A DNA stretch of 64,000 nucleotides from Mobula hypostoma (Eukaryota): NCBI RefSeq assembly GCF_963921235.1, contig NC_086108.1:102922001-102986000 (forward strand). The letters run 5' to 3'. The notes under the pieces are model-generated. The model saw nothing but the letters and a program-made list of their open reading frames with translations. It did not search any database and was not told the DNA's origin. Shown one piece after another: positions 25,901 to 37,851 of the stretch. The stretch's first letter is position 1, and each line of letters starts with the position of its first letter. A program made the translations under genes and the position numbers.

Positions 25901-28900
25901 AGAGAGAGGGTTCCATTGACAGAGAGAGAGAGAGGGTTCCATTGACAGCAGAGAGAGAGGGTTCCATTGACAGCAGAGAGAGAGAGGGTTCCATTGACAG
26001 CAGAGAGAGAGGGGTTCCATTGACAGCAGAGAGAGAGGGTTCCATTGACAGCAGAGAGAGAGGGTTCCATTGACAGCAGAGAGAGAGGGTTCCATTGACA
26101 GCAGAGAGAGGGTTCCATTGACAGCAGAGAGAGAGAGGGTTCCATTGACAGCAGAGAGAGAGGTTCCATTGACAGCAGAGAGAGAGAGGGTTCCATTGAC
26201 AGCAGAGAGAGAGAGGGTTCCATTGACAGCAGAGAGAGAGGTTCCATTGACAGCAGAGAGAGAGAGGGTTCCATTGACAGCAGAGAGAGAGGTTCCATTG
26301 ACAGCAGAGAGAGAGAGGGTTCCATTGACAGCAGAGAGGGAGAGGGTTCCATTGACAGCAGAGAAGAGAGGGTTCCATTGACAGCAGAGAGAGAGGTTCC
26401 ATTGACAGCAGAGAGAGAGAGGGTTCCATTGACAGCAGAGAGAGAGAGGGTTCCATTGACAGCAGAGAGAGAGGGTTCCATTGACAGCAGAGAGAGAGAG
26501 GGTTCCATTGACAGCAGAGAGAGAGAGGGTTCCATTGACAGCAGAGAGAGAGGGTTCCATTGACAGCAGAGAGAGAGAGGGTTCCATTGACAGCAGAGAG
26601 AGAGGGTTCCATTGACAGCAGAGAGAGAGGGTTCCATTGACAGCAGAGAGAGAGAGGGTTCCATTGACAGCAGAGAGAGAGAGGGTTCCATTGACAGCAG
26701 AGAGAGAGGGTTCCATTGACAGCAGAGAGAGAGGGTTCCATTGACAGCAGAGAGAGAGAGGGTTCCATTGACAGCAGAGAGAGAGATAGAGGTTCCATTG
26801 ACAGCAGAGAGAGAGAGGTTCCATTGACAGCAGAGAGGGAGAGGGTTCCATTGACAGCAGAGAGAGAGGGGTTCCATTGACAGCAGAGATAGAGGGGTTC
26901 CATTGACAGCAGAGAGAGAGGGGTTCCATTGACAGTAGAGAGAGAGGGTTCCATTGACAGCAGAGAGAGAGGGTTCCATTGACAGTAGAGAGAGAGAGGG
27001 TTCCATTGACAGCAGAGAGAGAGGTTCCATTGACAGCAGAGAGAGAGAGGGTTCCATTGACAGCAGAGAGAGAGAGGGTTCCATTGACAGCAGAGAGAGA
27101 GGTTCCATTGACAGCAGAGAGAGAGAGGGTTCCATTGACAGCAGAGAGAGAGGTTCCATTGACAGCAGAGAGAGAGGGTTCCATTGACAGCAGAGAGAGA
27201 GAGGGTTCCATTGACAGCAGAGAGAGAGAGAGAGAGGTTCCATTGACAGCAGAGAGAGAGAGGGTTCCATTGACAGCAGAGAGAGAGGTTCCATTGACAG
27301 CAGAGAGAGAGAGGGTTCCATTGACAGCAGAGAGGGAGAGGGTTCCATTGACAGCAGAGATAGAGAGGGTTCCATTGACAGCAGAGAGAGAGGTTCCATT
27401 GACAGCAGAGAGAGAGAGGGTTCCATTGACAGCAGAGAGGGAGAGGGTTCCATTGACAGCAGAGATAGAGAGGGTTCCATTGACAGCAGAGAGAGAGAGG
27501 GTTCCATTGACAGCAGAGAGAGAGGGTTCCATTGACAGCAGAGATAGAGGGTTCCATTGACAGCAGAGAGAGAGAGGGTTCCATTGACAGCAGAGAGAGA
27601 GAGGGTTCCATTGACAGCAGAGAGAGAGGTTCCATTGACAGCAGAGAGAGAGAGGGTTCCATTGACAGCAGAGAGAGAGAGGGTTCCATTGACAGCAGAG
27701 AGAGAGGTTCCATTGACAGCAGAGAGAGAGAGGGTTCCATTGACAGCAGAGAGAGAGAGGGTTCCATTGACAGCAGAGAGAGAGAGGGTTCCATTGACAG
27801 CAGAGAGAGAGGGTTCCATTGACAGCAGAGAGAGAGGGTTCCATTGACAGCAGAGAGAGAGGGTTCCATTGACAGCAGAGAGAGAGGTTCATTGACAGCA
27901 GAGAGAGAGAGGGTTCCATTGACAGCAGAGAGAGAGAGGGTTCCATTGACAGCAGAGAGAGAGGGTTCCATTGACAGCAGAGAGAGAGGGTTCCATTGAC
28001 AGCAGAGAGAGAGAGGGTTCCATTGACAGCAGAGAGAGAGGTTCCATTGACAGCAGAGAGAGAGAGGGTTCCATTGACAGCAGAGAGAGAGGGGTTCCAT
28101 TGACAGCAGAGATAGAGGGGTTCCATTGACAGCAGAGAGAGGGTTCCATTGACAGAGAGAGAGAGGGTTCCATTGACAGCAGAGAGAGAGAGGGTTCCAT
28201 TGACAGCAGAGAGAGAGGTTCCATTGACAGCAGAGAGAGAGAGGGTTCCATTGACAGCAGAGAGAGAGAGGGTTCCATTGACAGCAGAGAGAGAGGGTTC
28301 CATTGACAGCAGAGAGAGAGGTTCCATTGACAGCAGAGAGAGAGAGGGTTCCATTGACAGCAGAGAGAGAGGTTCCATTGACAGCAGAGAGAGAGAGGGT
28401 TCCATTGACAGCAGAGAGGGAGAGGGTTCCATTGACAGCAGAGATAGAGAGGGTTCCATTGACAGCAGAGAGAGAGGTTCCATTGACAGCAGAGAGAGAG
28501 AGGGTTCCATTGACAGCAGAGAGAGAGGGTTCCATTGACAGCAGAGAGAGAGGGTTCCATTGACAGCAGAGAAGAGAGGGTTCCATTGACAGCAGAGAGA
28601 GAGAGGGTTCCATTGACAGCAGAGAGAGAGGTTCCATTGACAGCAGAGAGAGAGAGGGTTCCATTGACAGCAGAGAGAGAGAGGGTTCCATTGACAGCAG
28701 AGAGAGAGGTTCCATTGACAGCAGAGAGAGAGAGGGTTCCATTGACAGCAGAGAGAGAGAGGGTTCCATTGACAGCAGAGATAGAGGGTTCCATTGACAG
28801 CAGAGAGAGAGAGGGTTCCATTGACAGCAGAGAGAGAGAGGGTTCCATTGACAGCAGAGAGAGAGAGGGTTCCATTGACAGCAGAGAGAGAGGGGTTCCA

Positions 28901-31900
28901 TTGACAGCAGAGAGAGAGGGGTTCCATTGACAGCAGAGAGAGAGAGGGTTCCATTGACAGCAGAGAGAGAGGTTCCATTGACAGCAGAGAGAGAGAGGGT
29001 TCCATTGACAGCAGAGAGAGAGGTTCCATTGACAGCAGAGAGAGAGAGGGTTCCATTGACAGCAGAGAGAGAGAGGGTTCCATTGACAGCAGAGAGAGAG
29101 GGTTCCATTGACAGCAGAGAGAGAGAGGGTTCCATTGACAGCAGAGAGAGAGGTTCCATTGACAGCAGAGAGAGAGAGGGTTCCATTGACAGCAGAGAGG
29201 GAGAGGGTTCCATTGACAGCAGAGATAGAGAGGGTTCCATTGACAGCAGAGAGAGAGGTTCCATTGACAGCAGAGAGAGAGAGGGTTCCATTGACAGCAG
29301 AGAGGGAGAGGGTTCCATTGACAGCAGAGATAGAGAGGGTTCCATTGACAGCAGAGAGAGAGAGGGTTCCATTGACAGCAGAGAGAGAGGGTTCCATTGA
29401 CAGCAGAGATAGAGGGTTCCATTGACAGCAGAGAGAGAGAGGGTTCCATTGACAGCAGAGAGAGAGAGGGTTCCATTGACAGCAGAGAGAGAGGTTCCAT
29501 TGACAGCAGAGAGAGAGAGGGTTCCATTGACAGCAGAGAGAGAGAGGGTTCCATTGACAGCAGAGAGAGAGGGTTCCATTGACAGCAGAGAGAGAGAGGT
29601 TCCATTGACAGCAGAGAGAGAGAGGGTCCCATTGACAGCAGAGAGAGAGAGGGTTCCATTGACAGCAGAGAGAGAGGGTTCCATTGACAGCAGAGGGAGA
29701 GGGTTCCATTGACAGCAGAGAGAGAGGGTTTCCATTGACAGCAGAGAGAGAGGTTGCATTGACAGCAGAGAGAGAGAGGGTTCCATTGACAGCAGAGAGA
29801 GAGGGTTCCATTGACAGCAGAGAGAGAGAGGGTTCCATTGACAGCAGAGAGAGAGAGGGTTCCATTGACAGCAGAGAGAGAGGGGGTTCCATTGACAGCA
29901 GAGAGAGAGGTTCCATTGACAGCAGAGAGAGAGGGGTTCCATTGACAGCAGAGAGAGAGGGGTTCCATTGACAGCAGAGATCGAGGGGTTCCATTGACAG
30001 CAGAGAGAGAGGGGTTCCATTGACAGTAGAGAGAGAGGGTTCCATTGACAGCAGAGAGAGAGGGTTCCATTGACAGTAGAGAGAGAGAGGGTTCCATTGA
30101 CAGCAGAGAGAGAGGTTCCATTGACAGCAGAGAGAGAGAGGGTTCCATTGACAGCAGAGAGAGAGAGGGTTCCATTGACAGCAGAGAGGGAGAGGGTTCC
30201 ATTGACAGCAGAGATAGAGGTTCCATTGACAGCAGAGAGAGAGAGGGTTCCATTGACAGCAGAGAGAGAGGTTCCATTGACAGCAGAGAGAGAGAGGGTT
30301 CCATTGACAGCAGAGAGGGAGAGGGTTCCATTGACAGCAGAGATAGAGAGGGTTCCATTGACAGCAGAGAGAGAGGTTCCATTGACAGCAGAGAGAGAGA
30401 GGGTTCCATTGACAGCAGAGAGAGAGGGTTCCATTGACAGCAGAGATAGAGGGTTCCATTGACAGCAGAGAGAGAGAGGGTTCCATTGACAGCAGAGAGA
30501 GAGAGGGTTCCATTGACAGCAGAGAGAGAGGTTCCATTGACAGCAGAGAGAGAGGGGGTTCCATTGACAGCAGAGAGAGAGAGGGTTCCATTGACAGCAG
30601 AGAGAGAGGTTCCATTGACAGCAGAGAGATAGAGGGTTCCATTGACAGCAGAGAGAGAGAGGGTTCCATTGACAGCAGAGAGAGAGAGGGTTCCATTGAC
30701 AGCAGAGAGAGAGAGGGTTCCATTGACAGCAGAGAGAGAGGGGTTCCATTGACAGCAGAGAGAGAGGGGTTCCATTGACAGCAGAGAGAGAGGGGTTCCA
30801 TTGACAGCAGAGATAGAGGGGTTCCATTGACAACAGAGAGAGAGGGGTTCCATTGACAGTAGAGAGAGAGGGTTCCATTGACAGCAGAGAGAGAGGGTTC
30901 CATTGACAGTAGAGAGAGAGAGGGTTCCATTGACAGCAGAGAGAGAGGTTCCATTGACAGCAGAGAGAGAGAGGGTTCCATTGACAGCAGAGAGAGAGAG
31001 GGTTCCATTGACAGCAGAGAGAGAGAGGTTCCATTGACAGCAGAGAGAGAGAGGGTTCCATTGACAGCAGAGAGAGAGGTTCCATTGACAGCAGAGAGAG
31101 AGGGTTCCATTGACAGCAGAGAGAGAGAGGGTTCCATTGACAGCAGAGAGAGAGAGGGTTCCATTGACAGCAGAGAGAGAGAGAGAGAGGTTCCATTGAC
31201 AGCAGAGAGAGAGAGAGGGTTCCATTGACAGCAGAGAGAGAGAGGGTTCCATTGACAGCAGAGAGAGAGAGAGAGGGTTCCATTGACAGCAGAGGGAGAG
31301 AGAGAGGTTCCATTGACAGCAGAGAGAGAGGGTTCCATTGACAGCAGAGAGAGAGGTTGCATTGACAGCAGAGAGAGAGAGAGGGTTCCATTGACCAGAG
31401 AGAGAGGGTTCCATTGACAGCAGAGGGAGAGGGTTCCATTGACAGTAGAGAGAGAGAGGGTTCCATTGACAGCAGAGAGAGAGGTTCCATTGACAGCAGA
31501 GAGAGAGAGGGTTCCATTGACAGCAGAGAGAGAGAGGGTTCCATTGACAGCAGAGAGAGAGGGTTCCATTGACAGCAGAGAGATAGAGGGTTCCATTGAC
31601 AGCAGAGAGCGAGGTTTCCATTGACAGCAGAAAGAGACAGGGTTCCATTGACAGCAGAGGGAGAGGATTCCATTGACAGCAGAGAGAGAGAGAGTTCCAT
31701 TGAAAGCAGAGAAAGAGGAAGTTCCATTGACAGCCAAGAGAGAGAGAGTTCCATTGAAAGCAGAGAGAGAGGGGTTCCATTGACAGCAGAGAGAGAGAGA
31801 GGGTTCCATTGACAGCAGAGAGAGAGAGAGAGAGGTTCCATTGACAGCAGAGAGAGAGAGAGGGTTCCATTGACAGCAGAGAGAGAGAGGGTTCCATTGA

Positions 31901-33805
31901 CAGCAGAGAGAGAGAGGGTTCCATTGACAGCACAGGGAGAGAGAGAGGTTCCATTGACAGCAGAGAGAGAGGGTTCCATTGACAGCAGAGAGAGAGGTTG
32001 CATTGACAGCAGAGAGAGAGAGAGGGTTCCATTGACAGCAGAGAGAGAGGGTTCCATTGACAGCAGAGAGATAGAGGGTTCCATTGACAGCAGAAAGAGA
32101 CAGGGTTCCATTGACAGCAGAGGGAGAGGGTTCCATTGACAGCAGAGAGAGAGAGAGTTCCATTGAAAGCAGAGAGAGAGGGGTTCCATTGACAGCAGAG
32201 AGAGAGAGAGAGGTTCCATTGACTGCAGAGAGAGAGAGAGTTCCATTGAAAGCAGAGAGAGAGAGGTTCCATTGACAGCAGAGAGAGAGAGAGAGGTTCC
32301 ATTGACAGCAGAGAGAGAGGGTTCCATTGACAGCAGAGAGAGAGAGGGTTCCATTGACAGCAGAGAGAGAGAGGTTCCATTGACAGCAGAGAGAGAGAGG
32401 GTTCCATTGACAGCAGAGAGAGAGGTTCCATTGACAGCAGAGAGAGAGGGTTCCATTGACAGCAGAGAGAGAGAGGGTTCCATTGACAGCAGAGAGAGAG
32501 AGAGGTTCCATTGACAGCAGAGAGAGAGAGAGGGTTCCATTGACAGCAGAGAGAGAGAGGGTTCAATTGACAGCAGAGAGAGAGAGGGTTCCATTGACAG
32601 CAGAGGGAGAGAGAGAGGTTCCATTGACAGCAGAGAGAGAGGGTTCCATTGACAGCAGAGAGAGAGGTTGCATTGACAGCAGAGAGAGAGGGTTCCATTG
32701 ACAGCAGAGAGAGAGGGTTCCATTGACAGCAGAGGGAGAGGGTTCCATTGACAGCAGAGAGAGAGAGGGTTCCATTGACAGCAGAGGGAGAGAGAGAGGT
32801 TCCATTGACAGCAGAGAGAGAGGGTTCCATTGACAGCAGAGAGAGAGGTTGCATTGACAGCAGAGAGAGAGAGGGTTCCATTGACAGCAGAGGGAGAGGG
32901 TTCCATTGACAGCAGAGAGAGAAGGTTCCATTGACAGCAGAGGGAGAGGGTTCCATTGACAGCAGAGAGAGAGGGTTCCATTGACAGCAGAGGGAGAGGG
33001 TTCCATTGACAGCAGAGAGAGAGGGTTTCCATTGACAGCAGAGAGAGAGGTTGCATTGACAGCAGAGAGAGAGAGAGGGTTCCATTGACAGCAGAGAGAG
33101 AGAGGGTTCCATTGACAGCAGAGAGAGAGAGGGTTCCATTGACAGCAGAGAGAGAGAGGGTTCCATTGACAGTAGAGAGAGAGGGTTCCATTGACAGCAG
33201 AGAGAGAGAGGGTTCCATTGACAGCAGAGAGAGAGAGGGTTCCATTGACAGCAGAGAGAGAGGGGTTCCATTGACAGCAGAGAGAGAGAGGGTTCCATTG
33301 ACAGCAGAGAGAGAGGGTTCCATTGACAGCAGAGAGAGAGAGGGTTCCATTGACAGCAGAGAGAGAGGGTTCCATTGACAGCAGAGAGATAGAGGGGTTC
33401 CATTGACAGCAGAGAGAGAGGGGTTCCATTGACAGTAGAGAGAGAGGGTTCCATTGACAGCAGAGAGAGAGGGTTCCATTGACAGTAGAGAGAGAGAGGG
33501 TTCCATTGACAGCATAAGGAAGGGGTTCCATTGACAGCAGAGAGAGAGGGTTCCATTGACAGCAGAGTGAGAGAGGTTCCATTGACAGCAGAGAGAGAGG
33601 GTTCCATTGACAGTAGAGAGAGAGGGTTCCATTGACAGTAGAGAGAGAGAGGTTCCATTGACAGCAGAGAGAGAGGGGTTCCATTGACAGCAGAGAGAGA
33701 GGGTTCCATTGACAGCAGAGAGAGAGAGGTTCCATTGACAGCAGAGTGAGAGAGGTTCCATTGACAGCAGAGAGGAGGGATTCCATTGACAACAGAGAGA
33801 GGGGG
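13906..33805. repeat. Giant minisatellite/satellite array, unit (G)GGTTCCATTGACAGCA(GA)n, 24-29 nt, ~770 copies (estimate)
   Basis: Directly visible uninterrupted tandem repeat of ~19.9 kb. Core GGTTCCATTGACAGCAG is near-constant, while the GA tract and G run vary in length. Confidence 0.99.
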
Positions 33806-33819
33806 CTTGATAAATTTTT

Positions 33820-34120
33820 CCTTCCAATACAAAAATAAATGAATAATAAATAAATAGGAATAAATATTGAGAACTTGAGACAAAGTGTCCTTGAAAGGTA
33901 GTCCATTGTTTGTGAGAACATTTCAATGATGGGACAAATATTGTTGAGTGATGTATCCCCTTTGGTACAAGAGCTTCAAGGGCATTGCTGTTACCATACC
34001 AGGCTATGATGCAGCCAGTCAATATGTGTACTTTCCTCTACACATCTAGAGAAGTTTTTCACATTTTTAGTTGTCATGCTGAATCTTCACAACTCCTAAG
34101 GAAGCAGAGGTGCTACCGTG
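33820..34120 (-). mobile_element. Rex1-like LINE 3' fragment abutting the right end of the array
   Basis: Homologous to 3590-3730 and 3905-3970. The minus strand reads TGCIIAWYGNSNA, a Rex1 C-terminal motif (cf. LTDCVAVWYGGS at ~41715). Confidence 0.7.
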
Positions 34121-34134
34121 GAAGATTGGAAGAC

Positions 34135-34795
34135 TATAACCAGTGGTATATTGCAGGAATCCAGGTTTTGAATCGTTGTAGATAAATGACTTGGATCAGA
34201 ATGTAGGTGGTCTGGTTCGTAAGTTTGCAGACAACAAGAAAATTGGAGGAGTTTTAGATAACCAAGAAGGCTATCTAAGGATGCAGAGGAAGAAAAATCA
34301 GCTGGAAAGTTTGATGGAGTTGTGGTAATTGGACGAGTAAAAGTAATGCAAAGTCAAAGTGTGTCAGAGAGAAAGAGCAGCATTGATGTCAAGTGCAGAG
34401 TTTGCTGGAAGGACTTTCACAGGTGGACAGGGAAGTGAATAATGAGCCAAATATAAGAGTTGGGATGATAGGTTGCAGTTGTACAAAACATTGGTTTTAC
34501 CATATTTGGAGTATTGCATACAGTTCTGATCACCATACCACAGGAAGGAATAGGGTACAGAAGAGTTTTGACAGGGTATTGTCTGGAATGGAGCACTATT
34601 GTGATAAGGAGAAACTGGAGAGTTTTGGGGTTTTTTTTTGGAACGTAAGTTTATAAAATTATGAGCAACTTAGATAGGACAGATAATCAGAGGCTGTTTC
34701 ACAGAGTTGGAGAGTTTGGAACTAAAGGACAGAGGTTTAAGGTGAGAGAGGAGAAATTTAAAGGAGACCACACATCTAAGTTTTTCAGACAGAAG
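34135..34795 (+). mobile_element. Old decayed CR1 RT fragment
   Basis: Recognisable remnants: ataaatgacttgga (IND), aagtttgcagac (KFAD), ggagtattgcatacagttctg (EYC.QF), actaaaggacagaggtttaagg. Confidence 0.7.
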
Positions 34796-35172
34796 AATAA
34801 AAGAACAGGGCACTATGTAATGAAGGAGAAACGCAGGAAGCAAAGAGATTGAGGGGCTTTGTGCATCAAGTATTCACCATCTATCTCTCTCTGTCTAATT
34901 ATCCACTTTGATAATAAATTTACTTTGATTTTTGACCTTTGACTTTGACTTCACAGGGAATCTGCAACCAGGGGACTTGGACATGGATATGGAGTTCGGT
35001 ATTGAGCCCCAGACTAGCCGTTGATAGGACCCAAACTCCAGGCTCAACTCTGGACTCACTGACTGATTGGCCCTTGTTCCCCTTCATGCCGCCTGCTCAG
35101 ACTGACATCCGATCCTGGGACCCAGTCAGATTAAGATTCGAAGGAGAGGGAGAGGGAGGGAGAGAGGGTGAG

Positions 35173-35182
<10 letters not shown>

Positions 35183-35214
<32 letters not shown>
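35183..35214. repeat. (GA)n microsatellite
   Basis: Direct. Confidence 0.95.
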
Positions 35215-35217
<3 letters not shown>

Positions 35218-36138
35218 CATTTGAGTGTTCAGATGACGAGCTCATATTTCACTTTGTGTTTTTAAGGTCTTAGAATATACCAAACTTATAACCTCTTCAA
35301 AGATCAATCAAATCTTTAATAGAGGAGGTACAAGATGCCAGGAATGGATGGACAAGATCATGGAAGGCTGAAGGACTGTAGATAACTTCAGATGCATGGA
35401 ATAAGGATAGACTTCTATTCCAATTATATTTCATGACCTCCTTTTGCCCCAAGCATTTTATAGGCTACCAAATACCCTTTGAAGTTAGTCAGTGTTTTAA
35501 TTAGGAATCATAGCAATTTGCACACAGTGAGGCTCCACAAATAGCAATGAAATAACAGCAAGGATTTGTGGCTTATTACTGATTTTTGTTATTGACAGGA
35601 TACCTGCAGGAACGCCTTTGAAGTAGTTTAGCTTATTACTTTCATAAACCCAAGAGAGGAGATTTAGATTAAAGACAGAAAATGATGGAAACATGTGACA
35701 GGTCAGACAATATCTGTGGAAAGGGGAGCAACCAGCCAAGAAGGTTCTCCAGCACCTCTACTTCCTCAGGAGGCTAAAGAAATTTGGCATGTCCTTGCCA
35801 GCCCTTACCAATTTTTCTGGATGAACCATCGATAAACATTCTGTCTGGATGAATGATGGCTTGGCATGCCATAGAGCCATAGAAAAGTACAGCACAGAGA
35901 AGGGCCCTCCAGCTCATCTCGTCCATTCCGACTTCTCTGCTCGTGACCTCCGGATCACAGAATGCATCACAGAAACCAACCTCCCCTCCATGGATTCTGT
36001 AAAGCAGCCAGCATTATCAAAGAATCCAGCCACCCTCCCCCACCACCCCCGTACATCTGCTCTTCTCCCTTCTCCCATTGGGCAGAAGATAGAAAAGCCT
36101 ACAAGCACATACAGTACCTCAAGGCTGAAAGACAGCTT

Positions 36139-36780
36139 CTTAGATTTAGATTAGATTATGAGGACACGCAGTCCTCTTTTATTGTCATTTAGTAATGCAT
36201 GCATTAAGAAATGATACAATATTCCTCCGGTGTGATATCACAGAAACACAGGACTGACCAAGACTGAAAAACTAACAAAAACCACATAATTATAACATAT
36301 AGTTACAACAGTGCAACAAAACATTAACTTGATGAAGAACAGGCCATGGCACAGTAAAAAAGTTCAAAGTCTCTCGAATGTCCCACATCTCACGCAGACG
36401 GGAGAAGGAAGGAAACTCTCCCTGCCATGCCCGACCACAATCCGACGCTGAGACGTCCGAAAACTTTGAGCCTCTGATCAGCCCTCCGACACCGAGCACC
36501 ATCTCTATCCGAACGCTTCGACCTCAGCCTCGGTCGCCAGCAGCAGGCAAAGCCAGGGATTTTGGGGCCTTCCAGGGCCTTCCCTCCGGAAGATTCTCGA
36601 TCGCGCAGTAACAGCGGCAGCGAACCAGCATTTCAGAAATTTCTCCAGATGTTCCTCTGTGCTTTCACGTCTGTCTCCATCAAATCAGAGTTGTCCACGG
36701 CCCCTATTTAACAGATACGATATCATTTCACCGGAGAGCTGTGCGCGCTGCATCACGTTGCCATCTTCTCCTCCCGCCCG
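36139..36780 (-). mobile_element. Non-autonomous element inserted in a Rex1 3' remnant
   Basis: The minus-strand 5' end is ggaggagaagatggcaacg and the 3' tail is (AATCT)n. It is CpG-rich (young). The Rex1-like host resumes at ~36781. Confidence 0.6.
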
Positions 36781-37851
36781 AAGCAGCTAAGATGGAGTTT
36801 TGGCCTCACGATCTACCTCGTTAAGATCTTGCGCTTTGTCATTTACCTGCACTGTACTCCTTCTGCAACTATTACATTTTATTCTGCATCGTTACTGTTT
36901 TACCTGAGCACAGTGCTCAGTGCATTTGTGTAATGGTTTGCTCTGTATAAACGTTGATTCTTGGTACATGTGACAATACGAAATCAATACCAATTTCAGG
37001 TTGAAGGTACTTCAATGGGAAATTAAGAAGTTAGTTTCAGATTGCAGTAAGGAGAAGGGATGGATAAGAGAAAGGGAATATCTCTGATAGGGTGAGGCCA
37101 CGATTGCCTTGGGGATAAACTTGTTATTGAAGCCATTTGGTTGGTAAATTAATGGGATTGATTAAAAGATGAGAGAACAAATGCAAAGGAAGAGTCAAAA
37201 ACAAAGCCAAAGTCGTTTATTATCACAAGCACAAGAACATCAATGCACAGACACTGAAAAACACAGCAGCGTCACAGGCACATAACGTCATATGAGTAGC
37301 ATCACAAAAATACATAACTCAAAGATACACCACTTTTACAGGAAAGAACACAATTAGAACAAAAAAATCCATTGTAGTGCAAAAGTTGTCATAGTATTAT
37401 GACTGGGGTTGCGCCAATTGATTCCAGGACTAAAGTAACTTTCCTTGAACCTGCTGGTGTGGGACTTCAGGCTTCTGTACCTCCAGCCTGACGGCAGCTG
37501 TGAGAAGATTCATGAAGAAGCAGTGAAAGGCAGAGCTGGAAGAATTATTCATCAATTCAAACAAATACACATTTATCAGTTTGTTATCTTTTGCACAGGT
37601 TGAATGCCTCAAGTTGGTGCGATCTTCCATCAATCATATGATTTATTGAGATTGCCCGCAAGGAAATGAATCTCAGGGTTGTATATAGTGACATATATGT
37701 TCTTTGATAATAAATTTGCTTTGAACTTTGAACTTTGAATGTAGTTAACCCAATCTTTGTAATGAATAGTTTCCCATCTTTATTGTGTTGCTCGATTTCT
37801 ATACCCCATTATTTATGTTTCCTCCGGCCTTTAGGGGAGAGTGCATACATT

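Noticed and set aside
14560..33378. Plus-strand short ORFs (TAERERVPL / GSIDSRERE repeats)
   Set aside because: Translations of the satellite starting at TTG. No coding evidence.
13906..33805. CRISPR array (constant repeat plus variable spacer)
   Set aside because: The 'spacers' are only 6-14-nt GA tracts rather than unique sequences. There are no cas genes, and the context is vertebrate.
13906..33805. Telomeric or interstitial telomeric repeat
   Set aside because: Contains AGGGTT but no (TTAGGG)n runs.
13856..34022. Giant minus-strand ORFs (up to 5692 aa) as real genes (mucin- or antifreeze-like)
   Set aside because: They follow from a stop-free repeat unit. All three frames are open and unit lengths do not preserve frame. 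Their N-termini derive from a decayed Rex1 fragment, and there is no signal peptide or exon structure.
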